Shown piece after piece: positions 8,168-16,583 of a DNA stretch of 64,000 bases; the first letter of the stretch is position 1, and each line of letters starts with the position of its first letter. Under the pieces are notes generated by a model. That model was not told the DNA's origin, did no database searches, and saw nothing but the letters and a program-made list of their open reading frames with translations. The stretch covers positions 250,758-314,757 of the forward strand of contig JAAESM010000050.1 of the NCBI GenBank assembly GCA_024229395.1, read 5' to 3'. The stretch is from Planctomycetota bacterium (GTDB lineage: Bacteria; Planctomycetota; UBA1135). A program made the translations under genes and the position numbers.

Positions 8168-10863
8168 TGCTGGGCAAAAATCATCTCGACGTTATCGATG
8201 CTGGCATTGACATCCAAGGCACCAGAAGTTGCGACGAACAAGCCGCATGCCATCCGCCCGGTCGGGTTACGCAAGTTCGAGACCTGCTCGGAAAACAGGA
8301 CCTCGTCGTTAAACCACACGGTCAGCAACGGTTGCGTGCCTTCGCGGTTGACGCTGAAACGCACCAAGCCACTCTCACCTTCACGCAACTGGAAACGCGT
8401 GACCACTGGCGGATCGACACGCGAGCCGCGCGACATTTCGTAAGTGATTTTGCTCTCGCGATCGCGGAAGACGCGGAAGTACCAAGTCTCCTTGTTGCGG
8501 TTCTGCAAGGCGATGTAAGCACCGGCCTCGCCACGGTGGCCACTACCGATGGTCAAATCGGTGGTGAAGTCACGGAAGGAAATACCGGGTACGGTGCGGT
8601 AGGCCTTGGTTTCACCGACGCCGGAGTGACGTCCGCTGATCCAGAAGGCACCATCTTCAAGGCGTGGCTCCACGCCCAAACGTGCAGCCTCTTGAGTATC
8701 CCAACCTGCACGCAATCGCTTGCCCTCGAAGGCATCGACCCATAGGCGCAACTTGGCATGCTCTTCAACCCGCGCTTGCCAGATCTGCGCGTATTCCGCT
8801 TGTGGATGCCCTTCGGTGTCACGCAAGCTGTCTTGCAAGTAAGCGAACTCGGCGATGGTGGCATCGAAATCACCCTCACGGTAATAGACCATTCCTTTGG
8901 CATTACGCGCGGCGTGCAGTTCGGCATTCATCGACAAGGCTTGGTCAAAAGAACCCATAGCCAACTCCAACTCACCCAAGGCAAGGAAGTTCAAGCCACG
9001 ACGCAAAGTCAGGCCAGCCCAAGCGGGTGCTGATTGCGAGCGCAGCACGCCCTCAGGGAACAACTCTTCCAAGCGGCGGAAAGCCACTTCGGCCTGCACT
9101 TGCGAACCATCGCTGTACAGCAAGGAGCTGAACTCGGCGAGAACTGCAGCACAGTTCGGCTGAATCCGAACCAAGGACTGCAGCTCTTCACGAGCAGCTT
9201 CACTGTCGCCATCGCGCGCCGCCCAGTTGGCCTTCAAGTAACGCGAGTAGAAGTGTTGCGGCGACAAGTCCAAGGCATCGGCCAGGGCGACATCGGCGAG
9301 TTCGCGCTCACCCATGCGGTCCAACCAGAAAGCCATCGCCGATAGCGCTGGAGCGGCATCGAATGGCTGAGCGGCAGCGGCGGCGCGCAAGTCACGAATG
9401 ACTTCACCGGCAGAACCACCGTCGGCGCCTTCGGAGATGCCTCGCAAGTACAACAAGGTGGCGTCGGTGCCGAACTCTTGCAGTGCCGACGTAGCTTGCT
9501 CGCTCGCTTCACTGAAGTTACCGGCCAGATAAGCGGCTGCGATTGCACCCCGACGTGCATTCAGACCTGCACTCTTATTGGTGTTTGCTGCACGTTCGGC
9601 TTCGGCGTAGGCCGTCGATGCGGCCGCCCAAGAACCGGAACGCAATGCTGCTTCGCCAAGCGCCAAGCTGTTGCGCAAGCCCGAGTTCGAGTTGCGATGC
9701 TTCTGCAAGCCCATGGCGCGTTCGAGCAGGTCACGGCCTTCCGCAACACGATCGCTATCCAAGAACAAGATACCCAGCTCCAACAACGGCGCTGGATCTC
9801 CATCATTGAGATCTGCTGCAGCCTGAAGCTGTGGCTCCGCCACTTCATCAAGATCAAGGCTGCGTAGGATCATGCCCATGCGCACGCGTGGTGCGCTGCG
9901 CTTGTCGAAACGGCCTTGCGGCACCTCGATGCCGAAGTCTTCGACCTGCAGCGGCAGGCGATCGCCGCTCAAGGTGGCGTACAAAGCGAAGGCGCGGTCC
10001 AAGTCGAAGGTACGCTCCCACACCTCACCGAGCAACATCCAGTTGTCGATGTCATCCTGATCCAAATTGACGCTGGCGATCGCTAGCTCTTCGGCGTAGA
10101 CAAAGGCACCTGGCACGGCCAAGCCTTGGTCCAACAACCAACGCACGTAGTCGCGCAAAGGAGCGATGCGCGAAGGTGACAGGCGTGCGCGCTGCTCACG
10201 CACTCCGAGTTCTACCTCGTTATGGAGGTTCTCAGCGAATCCAAAGGTGGTGTATTCCTCGGCAGTGAATGGGCGCAAGCCAAAACGCTCGGTACCGGTG
10301 CGTGGGTTGACCTCTTGGAACTGCAGGGTTTCGCCCTTCTTGTAGTCATAACGGTTTTCACCAACCAAGTGGCCGTAGAGAATCGTCAACGGATCGAGAC
10401 GCACCCAATCGTAAGAAGCCTTGTAGCCGTCGGCTTCGTCTTGGAAGACGCTGGCTAGGTCTTCATCGCTGCTGCCCGCGGTGTCTTCTACCGTGCCAGC
10501 ATCGACCAAGTCATTCAAGTCACCCAACAACGATGGGGCCAATTGGAACAGATGCTCACTCCAATAGCTCGGACCGGAATCCGGCATCGGTGGAGGCATC
10601 AACACGGCAAGTGGTGCCAACTGCGGGTCTGGCAACGGCAATGGCTCCAAAGGCTCATCGGCGGCCGGGCGCTTGAACAAGTCACGTCCGCCTGGACCAC
10701 TTCCCAAGGACAACACCGGGTCCTCGGAACCCATGCGGAATTCTTCAAGAGCTTGCGGGTTCGGCGTGCGAGCTTTGCGCGGCGCCTTTTCCTGCAACAA
10801 ACTGTAGGTCATCAAGCCGAGAATCAGCAAGACCACCACGAACATGATTGGTTCTCTTTTCAC
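8164..10863 (-). CDS. membrane-anchored TPR-repeat protein (899 aa) with a C-terminal jelly-roll-like domain
   Basis: N-terminal TM helix IMFVVVLLILGLMTYSLL. The long central region has Ala/Leu-rich 34-aa-type repeats (AFALYATL..., ALGEAALRSGSWAAASTAYAEA..., NAKGMVYYREGDFDATIAEFAY). The C-terminal ~200 aa is beta-rich (WYFRVFRDRESKITYEM...LLTVWFNDEVLF). Confidence 0.7.
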   Translation of the reverse strand: MKREPIMFVVVLLILGLMTYSLLQEKAPRKARTPNPQALEEFRMGSEDPVLSLGSGPGGRDLFKRPAADEPLEPLPLPDPQLAPLAVLMPPPMPDSGPSYWSEHLFQLAPSLLGDLNDLVDAGTVEDTAGSSDEDLASVFQDEADGYKASYDWVRLDPLTILYGHLVGENRYDYKKGETLQFQEVNPRTGTERFGLRPFTAEEYTTFGFAENLHNEVELGVREQRARLSPSRIAPLRDYVRWLLDQGLAVPGAFVYAEELAIASVNLDQDDIDNWMLLGEVWERTFDLDRAFALYATLSGDRLPLQVEDFGIEVPQGRFDKRSAPRVRMGMILRSLDLDEVAEPQLQAAADLNDGDPAPLLELGILFLDSDRVAEGRDLLERAMGLQKHRNSNSGLRNSLALGEAALRSGSWAAASTAYAEAERAANTNKSAGLNARRGAIAAAYLAGNFSEASEQATSALQEFGTDATLLYLRGISEGADGGSAGEVIRDLRAAAAAQPFDAAPALSAMAFWLDRMGERELADVALADALDLSPQHFYSRYLKANWAARDGDSEAAREELQSLVRIQPNCAAVLAEFSSLLYSDGSQVQAEVAFRRLEELFPEGVLRSQSAPAWAGLTLRRGLNFLALGELELAMGSFDQALSMNAELHAARNAKGMVYYREGDFDATIAEFAYLQDSLRDTEGHPQAEYAQIWQARVEEHAKLRLWVDAFEGKRLRAGWDTQEAARLGVEPRLEDGAFWISGRHSGVGETKAYRTVPGISFRDFTTDLTIGSGHRGEAGAYIALQNRNKETWYFRVFRDRESKITYEMSRGSRVDPPVVTRFQLREGESGLVRFSVNREGTQPLLTVWFNDEVLFSEQVSNLRNPTGRMACGLFVATSGALDVNASIDNVEMIFAQQ

Positions 10864-11642
10864 TGCAGGTCCTCCCCTTCTTGCGGCGCGGGAAGGGCGC
10901 CAACTCCAAACTCAAGAAGCAGTTTCTGCTCCATACGCTTCTCATTTCGCGGCAAGACTTCCAAACCCATTAGCCCCAATGGACGCCCGGCTTGTTGTTC
11001 GGCCAGCAGCGCGTTCAAAAACGGGGCGATACTGGTGCGCGCGAAAGTTACCTCCAAGGTAATCGGCGTGATGTCCAACGGCGAAACGTTGCGACCACTC
11101 CGACGCGAACGCTTTTGTGCGATGCGGATCTTGTCGACCTCGGAGGCTCCGAAATCCACTGCCAAGTGCACGACACGATCGACCACATCCAAACCGCGCA
11201 ACACGCGATCGATTTGCTGCGGTTGCGATGGCGATACCGGTGGCAAGCCAAGGGAATCATCGACTTCACAGTTGCGTCGCAAAGCCCAACCGATCAGTTC
11301 GTCACGCATCTCACCTGTCAGCGAGATGTAATGCTGTGCTGCCGATCCTCCAGGTGGAACCTGAAAGCGTTCGCGGAAGGCCGGCAGATTGCGCTCAGCC
11401 AACAGCTCATTGCGATCCTGCAACATGCTCAAGCGCTCTTTCAATTCGGAGACTTGATTGGCTGCATAAAGGTTGTTGCTTGCCATCGTTCGCGAGGCTC
11501 TCGAAATCGAGATCCGCGACCTGCTCAAGCGATCCTTGGCGCCGCCGCCGGTGAAGGCGAGCAGGATGAAGAACACGACCAGTCCACCGGCCATGCCCAT
11601 GATGAAACGACGATGCGTTTGCCAGAATGCGTCAAAGTTCAT
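10860..11642 (-). CDS. PilO/GspM-like inner-membrane assembly protein
   Basis: A single N-terminal TM helix (IMGMAGGLVVFFILLAFTG) is followed by a coiled-coil-like stretch (VSELKERLSMLQDRNELLAERN) and a ~150-aa periplasmic domain. It lies immediately after the PilM-PilN fusion, with ATGA overlaps at both ends. Confidence 0.45.
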   Translation of the reverse strand: MNFDAFWQTHRRFIMGMAGGLVVFFILLAFTGGGAKDRLSRSRISISRASRTMASNNLYAANQVSELKERLSMLQDRNELLAERNLPAFRERFQVPPGGSAAQHYISLTGEMRDELIGWALRRNCEVDDSLGLPPVSPSQPQQIDRVLRGLDVVDRVVHLAVDFGASEVDKIRIAQKRSRRSGRNVSPLDITPITLEVTFARTSIAPFLNALLAEQQAGRPLGLMGLEVLPRNEKRMEQKLLLEFGVGALPAPQEGEDLQ

Positions 11643-13288
11643 TGCATGTCCTCCTCGCCTTCTTCAGAGGGATTTCGTTCTTCGAGGAGTTGAGCGCGCA
11701 TTGACCATTCCAGGACCTTGCCGCGCGGATTCGAACTGGGTTGCAGGTAAGTCTTATCTGCAAGCATGCCTTCCAACGCGACAACGAACACGCCGAAAGC
11801 GGAACTTGCCGCACGCACGTCGTCTTCGGCGCGACCTTCGACCTGCAGAATCGGAACGGGTTGATCCTCTCGCTCCCATTCCTTGCCATCGGTCATCGTC
11901 ACACGCACCTGCTCGACCCACAAGCTGTCAGGCAAGGAAGTACGCAGGTGATCGATGAACTCCGCAGCACTGCGGTTGACGGCGAAACGCGCTTCCAAGT
12001 CGCGGTAAAGCAACTCTTGTTCGCGAATCTGTTCGAGCAACTCCACGGCTTCGGAGTTACTGGTATCGAGAGCCTTCTGGGTGCGCTTGGTGGCAGCCGA
12101 TGCGGTGGCCGCTTCATCAGCCAGCCCACCCATCACGATGAAGTTCACCGCCAAGAAAATCACCGCGGCAGCACCCATCAGGATGTTGAAGATGCCACGC
12201 TCGGCAAAGGCCTTCTTCTTGCGCGCGGCGGCAGTCAGGATCTCCAGGGCGTAGAGGTCTGGGTCGGCGGCACTGAGGGCCAATCCGAGCGCGACCGCAG
12301 CGCCTGGGCCATCGGCTTCAAGCTGATCGGCTTCGTCTTCGGGCAACTCGCTTGGATCGATCATCTCTGCCGGGTTCCAAACACTGACCGGCACGCGCAT
12401 GCGATCGTTCAAGAACTCCACCAGGCCGTTGGCGTTGGCGCCGCCGCCTGTGAGCAGTACGCGATCCAAGTTCAACTCGCTCAAGCGCGTTTGTGCCTTA
12501 CACAAAGTGACCACACCACCAAGCAAGGTAGGCAGGCTTTCGTACAGAGGCAGCAGTGGGCGCGTGACGCGTTCCGCATCGGTGCCCAATCGTTGGCCGG
12601 TAGCCAGGCGCAAATCAAGGTGCTTATGGATTAAGCCCTTGGCGCGTTCGCCATCAATGCCAAGTTGCGCTGCCAAAGTCTGGTCGCGCTTCTCCAAGCT
12701 GGTCGTGACCGAACGTGCGAAGTACAGGTCGGTGCCATTGACCAACGCTAGGTCCAAGGTGCCTTTGCCAAGGCTGGCGATCAAGGTGGTGGATTGCTCG
12801 TGATCCCCCAAGGCCAGGTAACAGTTGTACAAGGCAATCGCGTTCGGTGAGAAAGCCTTGACGGCAATCCCGGGAATGCCACTCATGGTCTCATCGAGCA
12901 GGTCTTCGCGCACCAGGCTCAACAGCATGGTGTCCTCGTCGTCGAGCCCCTTCGGCACCGGCAACAAGTTGTAGGACGACGCCATCGAGGAACCGGAACG
13001 GCCTTCGATCTCGCGGATCTCAAAATCCATCAGGCGCTCCAGGCGCCAGTCCTCTACCGCCGGCACAGGCAAGTAGCGCATCATCAGGTCGGCGCCGGTC
13101 AAACCGACGTGCACCGAGCCGGAGCGTTTGGCACCACTGAATACCGCACGCGCGGCTTCCACTGGAGTTTCGCCACCTTCTGGGGCAGCGGCCAAGTAGC
13201 GCTTCAGGGTGTGGGCTCCCTTGCGCGAGTCCACCATGGCAAGGCGGACCAACGAGTGTCCTAAATCAATTCCGCAGCCACTAGCCAT
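11639..13288 (-). CDS. PilM-PilN fusion (GspL-like actin-fold assembly ATPase-like protein plus TM/periplasmic part)
   Basis: MASGCGIDLGHSLVRLAMVD is a PilM/FtsA-like phosphate-1 motif, and LLTGGGANANGL is an actin-fold ADENOSINE-like motif. These are followed by a TM helix (IFNILMGAAAVIFLAVNFIVMGGL) and a PilN-like coiled coil. The start was moved to the ATG at 13288, which overlaps the FHA gene stop (TGATG). Confidence 0.65.
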   Translation of the reverse strand: MASGCGIDLGHSLVRLAMVDSRKGAHTLKRYLAAAPEGGETPVEAARAVFSGAKRSGSVHVGLTGADLMMRYLPVPAVEDWRLERLMDFEIREIEGRSGSSMASSYNLLPVPKGLDDEDTMLLSLVREDLLDETMSGIPGIAVKAFSPNAIALYNCYLALGDHEQSTTLIASLGKGTLDLALVNGTDLYFARSVTTSLEKRDQTLAAQLGIDGERAKGLIHKHLDLRLATGQRLGTDAERVTRPLLPLYESLPTLLGGVVTLCKAQTRLSELNLDRVLLTGGGANANGLVEFLNDRMRVPVSVWNPAEMIDPSELPEDEADQLEADGPGAAVALGLALSAADPDLYALEILTAAARKKKAFAERGIFNILMGAAAVIFLAVNFIVMGGLADEAATASAATKRTQKALDTSNSEAVELLEQIREQELLYRDLEARFAVNRSAAEFIDHLRTSLPDSLWVEQVRVTMTDGKEWEREDQPVPILQVEGRAEDDVRAASSAFGVFVVALEGMLADKTYLQPSSNPRGKVLEWSMRAQLLEERNPSEEGEEDMQ

Positions 13289-15063
13289 CAGTTCACCTCC
13301 TTCAGCCAAGCGGCAAGTACGGGGTAAGAAGTCGTCAGCGCACCTTGCAGACGTTCGCGGTATTCCGAGGCAGCCTCTTGGCTACCTTGTGCGGCTTGTT
13401 CCGCGCCGATCTCCAAGTCAGCGGCAAGCGCGGTGGCTTGCGGTTCGACGACCGTTCCGGGATAACGCGAAGCCAAGTCGCGTGCATCGTTGGCGAGTTG
13501 CGACATCAGCGAACCAGCACCCACGAAGACCGCGCCACTTGCTTGAATCTGCAAGTTCGCCAAGTCTGCGCGGCCGCGCTCCAAAGCCTCTTGTGAACGC
13601 AACAAAGCCTCTTGCACCTTCAACTCATCGAGTGGCAGATCGCGCAGTAGTTCCGCAGCGGATGCCAATAGTTGACGATCGTTTCCTTCACGCTCGGCGC
13701 GGGTGATCGCTTGAGAAAGACGTGCCGCTTGGGTCATGGCCTCGGCCAAATCCCAATGCAGATGGAATGGCTCAGTAGTGGTCAGACTCGCGCCTCCATC
13801 TTCAAAGCGAATACTGCTGGCTTGATCCAAGGTCAGCAGCAGGCGCGTGGCGCCACCGCCGAGCAAGATGCCAGGGCTGGATTCGACGATCACGCCAGGA
13901 GCGAGACCGACTGGGCCGCCGTCGGCCAACAGCAGGAAGGCGCCTGCTTCCAACAAATCGCCAGAGGCACTGAAGACCACGCTGGCTTCACCATTCGGAG
14001 TGAAGAGCAAGCCGCCGGTTTCGTCACTCCAAGTGCCGTTCTGGCCGCGCGCGGTCAGCAAAGCACCAGAAGAGTTCGACATCATCAAGTTGGCGCCTTC
14101 ATGCAGTGCCGTGCCTATTGGCGACGAGACTTTCTGCGGCGCGCGGGAAGTGGTTTCCACGCTCAACTCGCTAAGACTGCCTTGGCCTTCCAAACGAAGC
14201 GCAATCTGAAACCATTCAGCATCTGCGGGCAGGCTCAAGGTCACGTTGCCTGCTGCTAGGTCGCCGCCTTCCCATGTGCCGACGGGCTGGCTGCTCTCTT
14301 CGCCTTTACCCCAGCTGATCTGAGGAAAGACTTGGTTGCCCGAAACGCTAGCCGAGATCTCTAAAGCAGTATCCATCATAGAGAAGTTACGCCCCAAACG
14401 CGCGGTCGAACGACCACTGCCTGCACTCAAGCGCCCTTCTTCGATGGTTGTGCCTTTACTCAGACTCCATGCCTCTGGTTCTTGGAAATCTCCAAGGCCA
14501 TCGATGGCATCGAGGGCTTGGCTACTGACGCCGCCGTTGGCAGCTGCCGTATTGCCGCTGCCTGGATTGCCTTCTTCAGCGGCACCTCCGCGACCGAAGG
14601 TCCACCAAGCGCCGCCGCCTGCGGCCAGGACCAACACCACGCCAAGCGCCATCTGCAGTGGACCACCTTTGCGCTTACTACTCATGGCGGCCTCGCGGGC
14701 GCGGCGATGGATATCAGAATCATCGTCTTCCACCTCGCTGCTGGCCGTGCTGGACGAGCTGGACGCTCCGCCGCCCTCTGGAACAAGGCGCAATACGCAC
14801 TTGCCGAGTTTAATCTCGCTGCCTGGGAACCATTCGCCCTCGGCGACTTGCACGCCGCCGGACCAGGTACCGTTGGTGGAGCCGAGGTCGCGGAAGCGGA
14901 TTTCGCCCGCCGCGCTGACCGTCAGCTCGAGGTGTCGGCCTGAAACGGATTCAACACCCAAGACGCGGCTGTTCGAAGCAGCACGACCAAGGGTATGTGT
15001 TCCAACGCCCAGATCAAAAATCTGACCGCTTTCAGGACCACTTAGGATCTCAATTTGAACCAT
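13288..15063 (-). CDS. FHA-domain protein with a central TM helix and a large periplasmic domain; first gene of the pseudopilus operon
   Basis: The N-terminus MVQIEILSGPESGQIFDLGVGTHTLGRAASNSRVLGVESVSGRHLELT...FRDLGSTNGTWSGG carries the FHA signature (GR...S..H......D.GS.NGT). A Ser-rich linker follows, then a TM helix (LQMALGVVLVLAAGGGAWW). I prefer the ATG at 15063 (cat 15061-63) over the TTG at 15099. Confidence 0.7.
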   Translation of the reverse strand: MVQIEILSGPESGQIFDLGVGTHTLGRAASNSRVLGVESVSGRHLELTVSAAGEIRFRDLGSTNGTWSGGVQVAEGEWFPGSEIKLGKCVLRLVPEGGGASSSSSTASSEVEDDDSDIHRRAREAAMSSKRKGGPLQMALGVVLVLAAGGGAWWTFGRGGAAEEGNPGSGNTAAANGGVSSQALDAIDGLGDFQEPEAWSLSKGTTIEEGRLSAGSGRSTARLGRNFSMMDTALEISASVSGNQVFPQISWGKGEESSQPVGTWEGGDLAAGNVTLSLPADAEWFQIALRLEGQGSLSELSVETTSRAPQKVSSPIGTALHEGANLMMSNSSGALLTARGQNGTWSDETGGLLFTPNGEASVVFSASGDLLEAGAFLLLADGGPVGLAPGVIVESSPGILLGGGATRLLLTLDQASSIRFEDGGASLTTTEPFHLHWDLAEAMTQAARLSQAITRAEREGNDRQLLASAAELLRDLPLDELKVQEALLRSQEALERGRADLANLQIQASGAVFVGAGSLMSQLANDARDLASRYPGTVVEPQATALAADLEIGAEQAAQGSQEAASEYRERLQGALTTSYPVLAAWLKEVN

Positions 15064-15186
15064 GTGGGAAAGGTGCGTCCCGGCGTGACTCCGGGACAAG
15101 GGAGTCTAGGCCACCCCGACTTCACGGGCAAACCGGGCAGCTTATAGATAGGGCCAACCCCGGCGACAGTAACCTGTTACGTGCCA

Positions 15187-15909
15187 ATGCGATTTTTCTT
15201 CCTTGCCACAGCACCGCAGAGCACCGACGGACCTTGGAACCCTGGTCCGGAGCTCGGCCGCCATCTGCGTGCTCTGAGATTTCAGCCCGGCGACAAGCTG
15301 CTGCTGCTACCGCCAAGCGGAGATGCCATCGTTGCCGTATTCCAGAGTCCCAAGTTGGTGGAGCTAGAGGGCACTCAGCCTCGGCCCGTCCTACCCTTAC
15401 TGGGTCTGACCTTGGCCAGCGCTTGGCCCAAGGGTTCACGCGGCGATGAGCTTGTGCGGCGGGCCACAGAGAGTGGCGTAACCCATTTAGCACCAATATC
15501 TTGCGAACGCAGCGTGGTTGGCCGAGGAGACTTCAGCCCCTCCCGCTTGCAGCGCTGGTCCAAGATTGCGGCAGAGGTTTGCCAACAAAGCCGACGCCCT
15601 GAGCCGCCCCAAATCAGCTCCAATCCAGTGCCATTGGCGGAGATTCGCAGCCTTGCCCCCGACGCACACCCGATTGCTTTGGTGCCCGGAACTTGGCCGT
15701 TGAGCATGGAATTGGACCTGCACCAACCCAGCTCGGTGCTGATTGCGATCGGTCCAGAAGGTGGTTTCAGCCCCGCCGAAGAAACCATACTGCGGGATTT
15801 GGGCTTCAGTTTCTGCGGTTTGGTCCCGACGATTTTGCGCATTGAGGCCGCTGGTCCGCTGGCGGCAGGAATTTGCCAACATCACTTTTTGTCGCGCCAG
15901 GGTCAGTAA
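15187..15909 (+). CDS. rsmE: 16S rRNA (uracil1498-N3)-methyltransferase RsmE
   Basis: The N-terminus MRFFFL and the C-terminal IAIGPEGGFSPAEETILRDLGFSFCGLVPTILRIEAAGPLAAG match the RsmE SPOUT knot motif (GPEGG...E...LG.RILR.ETA). The ATG at 15187 is preferred over the GTG at 15181. Confidence 0.85.
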   Translation: MRFFFLATAPQSTDGPWNPGPELGRHLRALRFQPGDKLLLLPPSGDAIVAVFQSPKLVELEGTQPRPVLPLLGLTLASAWPKGSRGDELVRRATESGVTHLAPISCERSVVGRGDFSPSRLQRWSKIAAEVCQQSRRPEPPQISSNPVPLAEIRSLAPDAHPIALVPGTWPLSMELDLHQPSSVLIAIGPEGGFSPAEETILRDLGFSFCGLVPTILRIEAAGPLAAGICQHHFLSRQGQ

Positions 15910-15939
15910 ACAGCTCCCTCGACTCAGCGCTTGCTGCAA

Positions 15940-16542
15940 TTAGAGCCAGCCTTGCTCCAAGAATGAGGTGAAGCGCCCCGCGCCCACCACCACATGGTCG
16001 AGCAGCTCAATGCCCAATAGACGCCCGGCGCGCTGCAGCCTGCGGGTGGTGGTGCGATCATCGGCCGAAGGCTCGGGATCGCCGGAAGGATGGTTATGCG
16101 CCACCACGATGGCAGCAGCACGGCGCAGCAACGCGGGTGCGAAAACCTCACGCGGATGGACCAAAGACGAACTCAGCGTGCCGCGGCTGACCTCTTGTTC
16201 ATGCAACAGCCGCCCTTTGGTATCCAAGTACAGCACGTAGAAGCATTCGCAGCGCAAATGTGCCAGCCGTGGAGCCAAGTAGTGATAGACATCCTCTCCA
16301 CCGCGGACCGGCTCGCCTAAATGTTGATTGGCCCGCGCCACCCTGCGCCCAAGTTCGAAGGCTGCCGCCACCTGAAAGGAAGCCTTGGCTCCACAACCTA
16401 GTTGCTCCTGTAACTCGGCTGGCTCCATACCTGCAGCGCGCCAAGGCTCGAACTGCAAAGGCAGTTGCACTTGGAAAGGCTTCAACAGCTCTTGATTGCT
16501 CCATTCCTCGAGCTGCGACTTATTAACCTGAATGTTCGACAT
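15940..16542 (-). CDS. radC: RadC-family JAB/MPN domain protein
   Basis: The JAMM motif VVAHNHPSGDPEPSADDRTTTRRLQRAGRLLGIELLDHVVVG is present. The internal ATG at 16542 (cat 16540-42) removes the overlap with the upstream gene. Confidence 0.8.
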   Translation of the reverse strand: MSNIQVNKSQLEEWSNQELLKPFQVQLPLQFEPWRAAGMEPAELQEQLGCGAKASFQVAAAFELGRRVARANQHLGEPVRGGEDVYHYLAPRLAHLRCECFYVLYLDTKGRLLHEQEVSRGTLSSSLVHPREVFAPALLRRAAAIVVAHNHPSGDPEPSADDRTTTRRLQRAGRLLGIELLDHVVVGAGRFTSFLEQGWL

Positions 16543-16583
16543 ACTGCAGCGATGACGGTCCAGCTGCGCCGCGGTCACGGTCT

